This document shows, piece by piece, positions 21,278-43,186 of a stretch of 64,000 nt of DNA. How positions within the stretch are numbered: the stretch's first letter is position 1; each line of letters starts with the position of its first letter. Below the pieces are notes generated by a model that was given only the letters and a program-made list of their open reading frames with translations, ran no database searches and was not told the origin of the DNA. The DNA comes from Piromyces finnis finn (taxonomy: Eukaryota; Fungi; Neocallimastigomycota). Where the stretch lies: positions 1,178,001 through 1,242,000 of the forward strand of contig MCFH01000006.1 of NCBI GenBank assembly GCA_002104945.1, written 5' to 3'. The translations under genes and the position numbers were made by a program.

Positions 21278-23666
21278 TTATTGAGAAGAATCAGATTTAT
21301 ATTTATTAAATCTACAAGCAACATATGATGGTAAATGTAATGTTTGATTATCTTGTGGCTTTATACTATCCATTAAAATTTGACAATTGAAACATAAATA
21401 TTGATAGAATTGTGGAATTTGTTTATAGACTTCAGTATGATCATAGTCGAAGTTGTTAATATCTTTAATTTCTGTTATAGATTTGGAAGCATACCATTTT
21501 TCAGAATCTTTTCTAATTGGACTGATTATCAATTAATAATATAAATATAATATATATGCACATACATTAATATAAAGAACAAATTATAGAAATATTTTAT
21601 AGCCATTTTTTTTTTTTTTTTTTTTTACTTACTATAAACATAATGAACAATGGTATTGTGAATAGTTATTTTTATCCATTGTTAATTTATTAACTGTAGA
21701 AACAACTGCAGTAACTGTAGATGGGAAGTTCTTTTGTAAATCATTAATAAATCCTAAAAATAGTATATATTACATTTTTGATATTAATATTATTAATATT
21801 TCAGTTTTTTGAGTTAAGTAATTTAATAAAAAATGATTACTATTAAATAAGGTATTATTATGCATTTATATTTTTATATACCTGCTGATATTGAATCAAT
21901 TGACTTTAATATATCAGAAGCACTCATTTCTATATCTGGTAAAGCTGTTAATTCAAGATATTTATTGTATTGAATAAATTCTTGCTTTAATAATGTTTTT
22001 CCTGGTTTAATCATAATTACACCTTTAAATATATATTATTAAAATAATTTTTTAATTGAATTGAGTATATATATATATTATATAATTTATTTATTTATTT
22101 ATTATTATTATTATTCACCATCAACTATTTCTGATTCATTTCCTGTATCTAATGGTAAAGAAGATCCTCTTCCTTTACAAGTATAACTTATAACATCAAT
22201 TGCAGTTTTAGTTGAAGAGTCACCTAAACATAATACTGGATATCTTTGAAAATGAAATATTGAAACATTAATATAAAAATAAAAATAATAAAATTATTAT
22301 TATAATATATGAGTTAATAAAGCTATATATTATAACAATTAATATTATTTATATTATCCTTATAAAAGATTTACTTTGAATTCTTAGCCATAAAATTTAA
22401 TAATACTAATCTCATATTATTTAATAAACTTTCTTTATCAGCAATTAAAGGGATAGAATCGAATAATTCCTTTATAGCAACTTTATTATCAATATTATTA
22501 TTACTAGCTAAGGTAAATTCCTTATTATTACCTTCTTTATTAGTTTAGGAATTCATAAAAAATTGGGACGATAATATATATAGAGAGAGAATTAAAAGAA
22601 AATTAATATATATCATTTGGCATAATATTTATATTGTGCTATTTTCAAATATTATATAAATATTTACCTTTATTAACAATATTCATTATATTTGAATAAT
22701 TATTTTCGTCTAAAGAAATTGAAAATATATCTTCAATTGAATTAATTATTAAAGGAATGTTGTATGGTGAAACTATTTTTTTAATTTCTTCAACATTATT
22801 CTATATATCATTACATTATTCATTATAATATTTTAGGATATTAATATAAAACAGAGTTTCACTTAATTAAAAATATACTTCTTTTTACATAAAGGTAAAT
22901 AATTAAATATTAATAAATTAGATTTGAAATCTTTACTTGACCAGTAATTATAGAATCGTCAACATAAGCGACAGCAATTTCATTGAATCTTTGAATTTTT
23001 CCAGATTTTGGATTTTCAGCCCCTTTATGATATTGATAGAATATGTCTAAAAGGGCTCTGAAATTTAATATTGAAAATAAAAACAATATATATATATAAT
23101 TAATATAAAAACAATATATATATATAATTAATCATTATTTAATTTGAAAAAAAAAAAAAAGAAATAATAATAATAATAATAATAATAAATTATATAATAT
23201 TATAATGAAAGTATATTATTTTTTCTATACATTGGTATATTATTAATTGTAACATACCTTGAACAATTACCACCTGATAATGCAATTAAAACATTGGCAC
23301 CTTTTTTTACTTTCTTTGTTTGACCAACATTAGTTCTGAATTTATGTTGCATAAAACTTAAAAAACATTTTCTAATAAAATAATAATTCAATAGTTAAAA
23401 ATAATAAGAGGTCATTAAACTTCAAGCATAAGATGAATTTTCATTATACGAATTATCTTTTTTTTTATTGGCTAATATTCAATAGTATAATATCTTTTAG
23501 TTATAATTTCGAAAACAAAAATTAATAGTAATTACTTGCAAAGTGGATAATTTTCTCTTATATTTATTTCATATGGTTCTGTTTTACACTTGAGACAATT
23601 AATTTTTTTCTTCTTTCCGGTATGACAATCAATAGAATTTGAACAATGACAATTATTTTTTTCCAT
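21278..23666 (-). CDS. NCS2: Cytoplasmic tRNA 2-thiolation protein 2 (NCS2/CTU2), multi-exon
   Basis: Spliced exons give KCFLSFMQHKFR...VLIALSGGNCSRALL, LCLGDSSTKTAIDVISYTCKGRGSSLP, FINDLQKNFPSTV, CSLC and LCFNC. GT-AG introns keep the frame. Confidence 0.85.
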
Positions 23667-24521
23667 TTTTTTTAACAAGAGATATTATTTGTAAAACTTT
23701 TTTCTTAATATATTGTTTTTTATTTTTGTTTTTATTTCTTTAATAGAAAGAGTGGTGAAGATAAAAATAAGAATAACTACTATATTAGCTTTAAAAAAAT
23801 ATAAAAAATATATTTTCATTCATTATTAACTTTAAAATTCATAATATTATTTAAAATTTGATTGGTCTGTTTATAATTTATAGACAGTATAAAATTTTCA
23901 TTAATATTAGTTAACTTCAAAAAATTATAAATATTCATAAACTATATTTCAACAAACGTAAAATCACTAAACTTTGAAAAAATATTAACAATATCGTTAA
24001 AAATAACATATAAAATAAAATGATAAAATATATATTTTATTTATTTTATTATTTGTTTATTTAATTTGCAGGTTATTATGTAAAGTATATATATATATTT
24101 TTTTTTTTTTTTTTTTTATTTTTTTGACTTTTTTTTTTTTTTAATTTATTGTATTATTTTTTTCATTAGTGGTTTTTGTTTCGTTTTCTGTTTTCTATGA
24201 CAATAATTTAAAAAAAATTATTTATATTAAAAAAAAAGGTTATATATTATATATAATTATATTATATAATTTTTAACATTTTTTTATTATTATTCTTTGG
24301 AAATATATTAATTTTTTTTTTATTTTATATAATTGCTATGTAGATATATATAAAAATTACTTTATCCTTTTTTTTCATTGATTCTTTATATATATATGTT
24401 TATAAATAAATAATTATATTAAATTATTATATAAAATGATGTAAAAAGATGGCTTCTTTTTTTAATAGAGATGTTCAAATGTTATAATTTATGATCTTTT
24501 AATTGAAATGTATTAATTAAT

Positions 24522-27410
24522 CTACATTTGTGGTGGTTGTTGTGGGTTTTGTTCGTCTTTTTTGATTTCAATTCTATCATCAATACGAAGAATAGCAATA
24601 GCAGCTTCAGTAGCTGACTTTAATGACTTAATCTTAGACATAGCTGGTTCTAAGACACCGGCCTTCATATTATCTCTAATTTCACCCTTAATTAAATCTA
24701 AACCAGTCCTATATTAATAATTTAAGCATAATTATTGTTATCATAATAATTGGTATAATGTTATTTAACATTTTTTATATTTTATAATAAAAAATTCAAA
24801 AAAAAAATTAAAAGATTAAAAAAAAGTTTATCCATTTTTAAAAAATATACTATACAATTTTAATTTATTAATAAAAAAATAACTTACCATTTTAATAATT
24901 TCTTTGGACTATCTGGTTCAGCATTTTGAGCAGCATTGTGGTAAGCACGAAGTTTAGCAACTAATTCAGTAGAATCCTTAGCAGCATTGACAGCTAAAGT
25001 CTTTGGAATAACTAATAAAGCATTAGCAAATTCAGCAATAGCTAATTGTTCACGAGAGCCCTATTTTTTATTAAATAAAAAGAAATTTAAATATTAAGGA
25101 TTTATAAATAGAATATAATGCAATAACATATAAATATGGAATAATTATAATAAAAAATATTTCAAAACTATATTTTTCATATTTAAATGATTAGTTGCTT
25201 ACTAAAGTATGAGCAAAGTTTTCTAAGTAAATAGATAAGGCAGATTCAACAGCACCACCACCTGGAACGACAGCATTACTTTCTAAAGTACGTTTAACAG
25301 CACATAAAATATCATGCATAGATCTTTCCATTTCATCTAACATATAGTCATTAGCACCACGTAAAATAATAGAAGTTGAAGCATGTGCCTTAGTACCCTT
25401 AACAAGAATACATTCATCATCTGAAATACGTTCTTGAACAACTTCATCAGCATAACCTAAATATGATGGGTCGAAAGTTTCTTCACCTTCTAAATTAGCT
25501 AAAGTAGAAAGGAAGGTAGCTATTTATTTTAATTTCCAAATAAAAATTATTCACATTTGGTATATATTTTTAATTTAATTATTGAAATATTGTGTTTAAT
25601 GTAAATACATAGGTAAAAATTAAATATAAATATATTAATATTATAATTCATCATATCGTTATTAATGATAGTATTTAAAATTGTAATAATTATTTTTAAA
25701 TCCAGTAATATATATATAGTTGTTATATAAGTAATGTATTATTAATATTATTGAATTAAAAAAATATATTATTATTATTAAATTAAGAATTTTTAGTTAT
25801 AGTCGAATTTAAATTATAATATTTAATAATTACCTCCAGTAGCCTTAGCAACTCTACGCATATCTTCTTTTTTAACTCTTCTAACAGCCATGGCACCAGC
25901 TTCAACAAATAACTTTAAACAAAGATCATCAATACCCTTGGTTGTTAAAACAACATTAGCACCAGCATCAAGAATCTTCTTAATTCTTTCAGTAGTAATT
26001 TCTATTTCTCTATTTAAAATATAGTATATTATTAATTAATATACAAATTTTTATATAAATTTATGTAAACCAAAAATTGAATAACATTCAAAATTACCTC
26101 TTTCTAACAGCTTCTAACTTATCTGGATCATCAATTACAATATTAACACCTAAACTCATTCTAGCTTTTTGTAAGTTAATATCCAAACAAGCAATCTTAG
26201 CATTGGTAATTTTAGTTTTCATAGCTTGTGAAGCAACAGTACAGTTAATAGAATAACCATTAACATGAATACTTTCTGTGGATGATTTACCGTGAGCCTT
26301 TAAAATATTAATAGCCTTAATTGGGTATTTGAAAGTATTGTTCTTAAAACCTGGAACTTTAACAGCTTGAACAGCATCAACAGCCATAGATGAAAAGAAT
26401 TCAGCATCACTACATATAAAAGTATATTCCATTATTAATTAAAATAATACCACATTTAAATAATAGTAGTATTTAGATAAAAAAAATACATACGATCCAA
26501 GAATCTTTGAAGACATACTAGTCTTAGCGACATTAATTAAACATTCTCTACCTAATTGGTCAACTTTAGTAGCCATTTGTTCAGCAATGAATTTGCAAGC
26601 TTCCTTACAAGCTAATCTGTAACCAGTAATAATAGTAGTTGGGTGAATTTTATTCTTAACTAATTCATTAGCTCTCTTTAAAAGTTCAGCAGCAATAATA
26701 ACTACAGAAGTAGTACCATCACCAACTTCTTTATCTTGTTGTTCAGCTAATTCTACAAGAACACGGGCAGCTGGATGTTCAACTTCTAATAACTTTAAAA
26801 TTGTAGCACCATCATTGGAAATGGTAACATCCTAATTTTATGTATATAAATTAACAAAAAAATTTATTAATTTTTACTAATTCTATATTAAAAAAAAAAA
26901 AAAGACTTTTTAAAAAACAAAAATACATATTAAAAATTTTTTGTATTTATTTTTTTATATAACAATTGATCATTAAATATATATTTCTTAATTATATTTC
27001 TTTACACAGATCATGAAGAAATATTATTCAAATTATATATTATACAACATTTTAATTTCTTCAAAAAAAAAATTTTTTATTAAATATTAATTTTTTTTTT
27101 TTGATTTAATTAATATAGAATCAACTTACACCAATATCATCGACTAACATTTTATCTAAACCAACTGGACCTAAAGATGTCTTAACAATATTTGCAATGG
27201 AAACAGCGGCAAGAACTTTTTTCATTAAATTTAAAAAAATTATAAATAATAAATAAAACAAATAAATATATTTTAATATAAAATTATAAGTTAATTATTG
27301 AAATAAGAATTTAAAACAAAATTTTCTATACCATTTTGTGATCTGACATCTTGGCCAGAAGTTCTTTGACCGCCAATAGCTAATGATTGATTTGTACGTT
27401 CAGCTTGCAT
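24522..27410 (-). CDS. TCP1: T-complex protein 1 subunit alpha (CCT1), 8 exons
   Basis: [72 protein letters not shown]...AGVLEPAMSKIKSLKSATEAAIAILRIDD. Confidence 0.96.
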
Positions 27411-28951
27411 ATTGTTTAATAATCTATATATTTAAAAAATACATTAAAAAACAATTATTAAATATAAGCTTTTCAAATTACTTTATTATTTAAAAATTTC
27501 AATATTTAAATTATTAAGTAATTGTATAATTTGAAATGATTATTCATTTGTTTTAAAGATGACTGTATATTTTAAAAATTGCAATTGAAAATATTTTAAT
27601 TTCTTTAAAATTAAAGATTCTAACTTTGAAAAATTTGTAAATTCTTAATATAGGATAGGAAATTAATAAAATTCAAATTTTATTACATCACATAGTTGAT
27701 ACATAATTTTTGGAATTTGAAATTAATATTTGAATAGTGACAGTATATAAAATATTGTTCTAAAAATAAATACTTAAAAACAATTATATATGATTTCTTG
27801 AAATGATTTATTTAATTTTCAATGTTTTATAAATAAAATTATTTCCTTTAAAGATTTGTTGATTGTACATTTTATATTTAAAAATTGTTTATAAAAATGT
27901 ATTAACAATTTCATTTAAAATTCCTTTTCAGATATTAATGATGAATATTTATTTCTTTCTATAGTTATTTATCAATAAAAAAAACATTCCATCTGTAATT
28001 TTACTTATTTATATTACTTATATATTAAAAATTATTATATAATATTTACAAATTTTATAATTATTATTATAAATGTATGCTCGATCTCTTTTATTTCTTA
28101 AAAAGAAAAGTATTATTAAATATTTCTTAATTCACAAATAGTATTATAATAATCATTTAATTAATTTTTATAATACAATATATATTATTATCAATATCTT
28201 GAGATATGATTGGATTTTTAATTATTTTGTATATATATAATAATTAATTTCATTTTATAATATTTTATAACTTTATAATAAAAAAAAAACAATTTAATAA
28301 TAATTTTTTAGAATATGATAGAAATATTAAAATGTAAGATTTATTTTAATGTATTTTAATGTAATTAATCATAAATAATGTATTAGGTTATTTCATTTTT
28401 GAAATAACACAAAAATTTAATATCCAATAAAAAATGTATTTATAACTAAAAAAAAAAAGCTTTAAATAAGAAATAAATTTTTTAAAAAAATAAATTAAAT
28501 TTTGTTGTTACTTAAATTAAAAATGACTTTTTTTTAAAAAAAAAAAAAGATAATAAATACCCCCTTTTATTTCTTTTAAAAAAAAGAATGAAAAAAATAA
28601 AAGGTTATAAAATTAATAATTGACAAGTTATTTAAATAGCAATAGTAGAATTAAAATAGAAAAAATACATTTAAAAATAAAATTTATTGAAAAAAATTGA
28701 ATAAATTCTTTAATAAAGAAATAATAATATAGACTATATACTGTAATTTCATTAAAAAGATATTAGAAATATATAAATTATCGAAACAAAATATATTTTT
28801 CTTTAACAAATAAAAGTTAAAAAAAAAAATAAATTTCTTAGAAAAAAACAGATTAAATTAAATCATTGAAGAAAATAAAATTCTAATTTTTTGAAATCTC
28901 ATTGTATAGTTATAAAATATATAAAAATACATATAAATAAAATTAATAAAA

Positions 28952-30672
28952 ATGAATTCGCCTGGAAAAATTAATGCAGATTCTTCAAAATATAACATTG
29001 TAATTGCACCTTCCACAATGGTAGATCCTTCAGAAATGATAAATGTTTTAACAACAAATGAAATACTTGCCATAGGATTTGTGAAATATATTACAACTGG
29101 ATTTTTATCACCCTTTGAAGTTTCTAGAATATTGCAACAATTACAATATGTTCCTTCACTTGATTATTTAAAGAAAAATGATGATATAAATGATATAAAT
29201 GAAAATAAATCATACGAACAAACCAACAAAGTAAATATATAATGACAAAAGATATATTTAATAGATGTTTTAAAATAAATAATATCTAAATATAAATTAC
29301 ATATAATCATTAATATATAATGTATATTTTAGGGAGAAGAATCCGAAGATTCATTTGATTCAGAGGTAGATATTAAAAAATATTGTAATGAAGCTGCTTT
29401 GCAACCTTCAAAAGCACAATATAGTTCATATGTTTCATTATCAGATACAAATGGATATATAATAAGAACAAATAGTGCTAATGATCCTTTAAGACCATCA
29501 TATCAACTCGGTCTTTTAGAAGGCTCAACTATGAGTACTATCCAAAAAATTGTTAATCACAAAAATGAAGGTTTTTTTAGTTTATGGAAAGGTAAATTAG
29601 CATATAAAAGCTCGAAAAAATCTAAAATTTTCCAAAATAGTGATATATTCAATAAGATATATCTTCATAAATAATTCAAAATAATAATAATTATTTTATA
29701 TTTTTATCAAATAATAAGGACATTTTTCAAACTGGATTTATGAAATGCTTCATGTTTTAATTCAACCTTCGATTGAAGGTATAATAAATAGAACTTTTAA
29801 TTTATATGATGAAACATTACCTTTAATTCAAATGGATAAAGTATTACCAAATCTTACATCATTAGTAGTAAGTTACACAATAACAGGATTTATACTAAGT
29901 CCGATTGAATTAGTTCGTATAAGGTAAAAATATAGAGTCAATATAATTGTTATTCAATAATCAACAGTTTATTAATTTATTTAAACTCCAAACCTCTATT
30001 AAATTTCTTATATAATACAACAGAATGATTGCTCAAACATCTAATCCATATTATAAAAAATATAAAAATTCATGGAATTGTATTAAAACAATAGTAAAAG
30101 AAGAAGGTTTGTCATCAGTATATTTTGGATATAATTTAGTTCCAACTTTACTTTATCATTCTGTTATACCACTTCTCAAAAATAGTAATCGTCTAATAAT
30201 CGAAAGACTCTTAGGTATATCTGCAAATCAGAATCCTGGAAAATATGCATTATGTGAATTAGGTTTAAGTTCACTTGAATTACTTATTTCATTCCCAATA
30301 GAAACTGTTCGCAGAAGACTTCAATGTCAAATCAACCCAAAAATAATGAATCATAGTACAAATTATAGTACCAAAGTAACTATTAGAAGAATACCATACA
30401 AAGGAATGATTGACTGTATTAAATCAATTATAAATGAAGAAGGTGGTGAATCTTCTAAAAAAAGTAAAAAAAATAATATTAATGATGATGAAACAGCAAA
30501 TGAAGAAGTGTATCAACATCAGAAGAATAAAAAAATAAGTAAATATTATCAAAAACTCAACAAAAATGTAAAAAAGGTTAAGGTTCTTTATAGAGGGATG
30601 GACCTCATGTTTTGGACAAATGTTGTTATTTTAGGTTTTAATATTCTAAATGGAATAGAAATAGTCGATTAA
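28952..30672 (+). CDS. UGO1: Divergent mitochondrial carrier, UGO1/SLC25A46-like, 4 exons
   Basis: Carrier-signature variants SPFEVSRILQQ, SPIELVRIR and FPIETVRRRLQ, EGFFSLWKG, and a long acidic/polar loop after helix 1 as in Ugo1. Introns begin near 29231, 29592 and 29924. Orthology is judged from remembered motifs. Confidence 0.7.
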
Positions 30673-31999
30673 ATTATGTTTAAATTCAACAATTTAGATA
30701 TAAAATTTACATTATTTATTCAGTCTATTATATAATACTAATTCAATACAAAACAATATTAAATATGATTAATCAAGAAATATTTAATATACTGATTCTA
30801 ATATATTTAAAGAAAATTATAAACAATTAAAATTATATATCATATCAAATTTTTAGTTTAGATTAATAATTCGCATATATATTCATAATTTAAAATTCAT
30901 TATCATCATAAAAGCTCTTAATAAAAAAAATAGAAATTATTTAAAAAATTAAAATATAATAAAAATACTCTATCGTTTATCAATATTATAATGTATAATA
31001 TATCTTATTATAAATTATTATAGTTATCATATATTTGACTTTTAAAAATATTATATTTAAATAAGATTTATTTTATCATCCTCCATTTTTTTTTTTACTT
31101 TTATATATATATATTTAAAATAATATATACATTTGTTTTTCTAAAATTTATTACGAATAAATATATTTTCCAAAACTATAAATAAAACCATTTTTAAATT
31201 TTAATTTTTATATTTTTATATATAATAAAATTATAAAACTTTAATAGAAAGTATATATTCTTTCAAAGATTTATAATATATAATATTAAAGTTTTTCTTT
31301 TTTTTTTCTTTTTTTTTTTATTAATTTCTTTTACCTTATTAAATTTTTAGTTTTTTAATATTCTATATATAAAATTAATTAATAATTAAATTTTAATCAA
31401 ATTATTACTATAACTAAAAATTTCTATTATTTTCATCGGTACTTTGAAGTTTATTTAATAGAAAATATATATCACCAAACTTAAGAAATAAGATTTATAT
31501 AATATAAAATAAAAAATAAAAAAAAAAAAGAATAATAAATATCTCATTTCCATATTTTCACAAATAGTGAACATATATATTCAAGTTTTATGTTTATGTA
31601 TATATTATTTACCTTAAATCTTAATTGTATTGATTTAATATATTCTCACAATTAATTAATAATTAATTTTTTATTGGTTTTATATAAATAACTTTTAGTA
31701 TTTAGTCATATTATTTTATAATTACTATGAAATATTAATATAATAGTAAGACTAAAAAGAGAAATAATAGGAATACAAAATATATATTAATTATTATATA
31801 TTTATTAAACTTTTTATTTATTTATTTTTCTTCTTTAGCTGTAAGTTATTAAAAAATGAACTAAAAATTAATAATATAATATTTTTTTAAAAAAAAAAAA
31901 ACAAATATATAAATAAATAATATATTAAAGAGAAAATAGAAGTAGAATAATTATCAAAAATATTATCATATAGCCAATTCAATTTTCAAAAAAGAAAAG

Positions 32000-38416
<6,417 letters not shown>

Positions 38417-39915
38417 TTTATATATACATTACATAAATACTAATTGTTTTGCTTTTTAATGGAAAAAAAAAAATAAATAAAAATAACATATATATAGTAA
38501 TATAAAATTCGAAATATAATATATTTGTATAAATGCATAATAATTATTATTAATGCTAAATAAATATAAATTAAGGATAGAAAAATACATTATTAATAAG
38601 TTGATACTTTTATTAATTATTAATTTATATTATCAAAATAATATTTAAAAGTTTTTATTCTATACTATGATTTTTATTATATTGTATAATAAATAAATAA
38701 AATTATAAATAAACTTTACTTTTATTATTATTATTATCATTATTATATATATAGCATTTAAAAAATAGTTATGTCTTTGCTGATAAAATAAAAAAGGTTT
38801 AAATGTAAACTGTAATAATTAAAACCACTATTTAAATATTTTTATAAAAGTATTGTAAATGTAATTTATATATGCTTTAGAGTTATTTTTTATTTTATGT
38901 ATGATCACATGATATAATATCTGATATGGGTTAATTTTATGTAGAAAGAATTTGGCTTTAATAATATATGTTTTATTAATAACTTTATTTATTACTTTTC
39001 AATATTACTAGTCTGTCTGTCTAGATACTAAAACGTTAATTTTATCGTTCTTAACTATTAAAACTTTACTAAAAACAAGAAGCCTCTTTAATAATAATTA
39101 TTCCCTAGTCTATTTATACAAATGATGCTTACTTAATAGCTAATTGTCCAATGATAATGCTAGAATTATATGTATTATACATCTACATTATTTTTTTTAC
39201 ATTACAAGTTCTTACAGTAATAGTACATCTACATTACATTCTTTTACAATATAGAAATAATTAATATTATAATAAAAACTATATAAATTTAATAATATGT
39301 TTAAGTCAAATATTATTTTTATATCATATCTCATAAATAATTGTAATATTTACAATATAACTTTTTCTCTTTCTTTACTTTATTAATAAAAATATTTATT
39401 AATTTTATTTCACAAGTATCATTATTATTATTTATTTAATGTAAAAGTATTTTAAATTAATTATTTTATACGCTACGTTTTAATTAATAGAAATAAAAAT
39501 AATAATATTTTTTTTTTTCTACACTCTTCTTTTTCTTTTTTGTTAACAAAACTACTACACTAAAAGTTTATAGATAATAGATAATAAATAAAGAAAAAGA
39601 TATAAATATTTAAAATATATATCAGTATATTAATAATTTTTATAATGAAAATAATAATGCTGAAAATGATGATAAAAAAAATATTAAAAAAAAAATAATA
39701 AGAAAATAAAAAAAAAATAAAAATAAAAGTAAAAAAAAAAAAAAAAATTAGAAAATCTTATTATAAAATATAATTTTAAATGAATAAATAAATAAATAAA
39801 ATGAAAAAAATGTAATGAAGATAAGAAAAAAAAAATATATATAAAAAAAAAAAAAAAAAGAAACTAATAAAATTCTTTAAATAATATATAATTATAAAAG
39901 GACATTTTTATAAAT

Positions 39916-42900
39916 CTATTCAGTTCCATCTTTTGAATATAAAGCGGTAGCTAATGACTTTGTAGCTTTAAAAAATTCAGTTTCCGCTACAGGTTTGACA
40001 TTAATTTTTATATCTGGTGGATTATTAAGATTATTACTATTTTCATCATTTTTACTATCGTTAAAGTCAACTTCAGCTATCTTTTTTTCATTACTAGTAT
40101 CTGGGAAATAAAATTCATTTGATTCTTTTTCACTGAATTGGAATGGGTTCCCATTTTCAAAGCTTGCTTTTGTTTTTGGTATATCAGTATTAGTAGTTAT
40201 ACTTTCGATTTTACTTGAATTATTGTTTTTAATATCATATACATTGTTATTGCTGTCGTTATTAGAATTATTTACATCTATATACATATTTGTATTGTTT
40301 ACATTAGGGTTATTAGTACTATCAGCAGCATTAGTTGGTATAAATGTATTTGAAACAATATTTTCAGGAGTTGGTTCATTAATATGAATAAATGAATTAT
40401 TATTTGAGGTTTCATTATTAAATCCTTCAGATTCTATAGTTCCATCATTTGGATAAGTATTGTTAAAAGAAACATCTATATAAATTAAAAATAGTTACAA
40501 TTTAGTATATAAATAGTATAAGTCATATAACAAGTATTAAGATATATATAATGTACTATGTATTTTTATTGAATCATCTTTTAATATTAACCTTGACTTT
40601 GACTAGTAGCATTGCTACTACCAACATCATCAGATTCCTCATTATTAGCGCTCTTTCTTTTTCTACCCTTTTTATTGTGATCTGGTTTATAATATGGATC
40701 AACATTTCTTTTCCTACGTTTGCCTTCAGAAGAAGCAACATATTCTTTTAAAACTTTAGTATTCTTCCATTTATTACCAATACTACTAAGACTCTTTTTA
40801 GCGGCTTTTTCAAAAGCACCTAATGGTAAACCTTGTTGTATTCTTTTCCATTTTTCATTTTTACATTTATCATGGATTGATTGACGAGTTTGGTTACCTA
40901 AAATATTGGATTGAACACCATTTGGACCATGAAGATTTAAAATTAATGATGGGTAAATATTACCATTTGACTCTAAAATGCATTTTTCTAAACATTTTAA
41001 TTGTTCATCAGTCCATCTTCTACGACGACAATTTGGAACACGTTTATGATTCACAAGTTCATTTTGAATTTCCATTTGAATATGATATGAATTATTAATA
41101 GCATTAGCATAAACACCTAAATTCATATTTAGCTTTATTCTCTTTCTCTTTTCGGATTTACATTTATCTCTAATATTATTGACGGTAAAATCACCTAAAG
41201 AATGAGAAATAGTACCATTTGGGCCATGTTCATCATAAAATTTCTTTGGTTCAATCATATAATTATTATTCTTAATACATTCTTCCAAAAATTTTTCTTG
41301 AGCTTCATTCCATCTCTTTTTTGTGTGACGTCTTTGTTTCGGTTCATCTAACAATTCTTCTTCATCATCATTTTCATCATCTTCATCATCAGATTTTACT
41401 CCTTTTAATGAATCTTCAACAGATCCAGAACTCTCAACATTATTTTCTTCCTCCTTTGATTTTATTTTTCTTGGCTTTGCTGTTTTTGATTTTTCTGAAT
41501 TTTCATCTTCTGCTTTATCAGCCTTCTTTCTCTTTCTTCCTCTCTTTTTTGGTTGTTTTGCATCTTCATCTAACTCTTTATTTTGATCATCACTACTTTT
41601 TTCATTGTCTTTAGTTTTATCTACTTCTTTTTCTTGATATGCACATGTAATTTATAAATTTTCAAAATAAAACAAAAAAAAAAAATTTGCAATTAAGCAA
41701 TTTTGAGATATATATATAATAATATATAATAATAATATTTATAATAAATTTATATCTATATTTTTTATAATTACCATTATTCTCGGCATTTCCAGCTACT
41801 TTTTCATCTTTCTTTCCATGTCCATATTTTAATCTGTACTTAATTTCTTCGGATACTGGATGATTCCTATTAAAAAAAAAAAAAAAAATTAGAATTCATT
41901 TATAATTTAATTATTATTACTATTATATATATATATATCTTCAGTAATAATTAAATAGTTATAATATTTGCTAAATATATATTATACTAATAAAACAAAA
42001 AATATGTATATTAAAAAATACCATTCAATTTTACCAAGTTGTGTATCTTTTTGATCCTATATATATTATATTTTATTATAATAAAATTATATATATTTAA
42101 TTCAGATGATAAAATAAAATAAAGAAAAAAAAACTATGCTTTATAAATAACAATAATTAATATAATAAAATGAATAATTAATTTGTTTTCATAACTATAA
42201 TTACCACAAATATATCTGAATAATTATTGATGAAATAAATAATATATGAAATAAAATCAATTTCAAAAAGTTCAAATGGGAATTTCTTTCTTAAAGTAAT
42301 TAAATCATTTTGAATGTATATCTAGAATTTTTGAAGATACAGAATAATATTATATTTAATATTATAATATATAATTTTTAATAATAATTTAAAAATTTTA
42401 ACACAAAAAAATTTTCAATTCAAAATAAACTATTACGAATAGTAATAAATAATAATAATAATAATTATAAATATATGTACTTACTTCTTCAATTCTTATA
42501 CTATTCTTTTCATTAAAGATTTCATTAAATTCAAAAATTTGCTCAATAATTTCATTGATATCCTCATTAATCATTAATCCAGAAATTAATGTCTTTTTAT
42601 ATAAAAATTATAATTTAATATAAATATATATATAATATAAATAATATTCTAAATTAAAATAAATATATGTATATAATAAAAATTAAAATTACTTGAGTTT
42701 TAAGTTCTACAGAAAGATTAATACTTTTTTCTCTGTGTGCTGGATCTAATAATTCTACATGCTTATCTAAAAGCTTACATGCTTCTAATTTATTTTCAGC
42801 ATCCACATCTCGATCTATATTATTAAATATAAGGGTACAAAGTTTAACGAGAATAATGATAGAAGATACGGAAGGGGGGAATATTTCAAAGAAATTTTCG

Positions 42901-43186
42901 GGTAAGGTTTCTATTTAACATTATATATAATTATTATATAATAAAATATTTTTATAAAATTTTAATTATATCAATTAATTTATCAAAAAAAAAAAATATT
43001 TATATAAAAAAAAAACTTACCATTAAAAATGGCCCAAATTTCATTAATTGAATTTAAAATTTCTTTTCTAATTTGCAAGTCTTCTTCTGAGTAAACTCCC
43101 AAAGCATTAATACATTTATCAAGAATGGATTGAGAAATTTTTAAATATTTTGAAAAATTAATTTCTTGACGTACTTCTAAAACCAT
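39916..43186 (-). CDS. TBF1/TRF-like telomere-repeat-binding factor: TRFH-like N-terminus, acidic/basic linker, two telobox-type Myb domains; multi-exon
   Basis: N-terminal LSVELKTQ|TLISGL and LRKKFPFELFEIDFISY resemble Tbf1/Trf TRFH motifs as I recall them. Two repeats of RW.E.Q..L...HGPNG..S..LG..T...I.DKCK.EK at ~41320-41105 and ~41025-40810. The last exon 39916-40475 joins via an intron after SQSQ. Confidence 0.72.
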
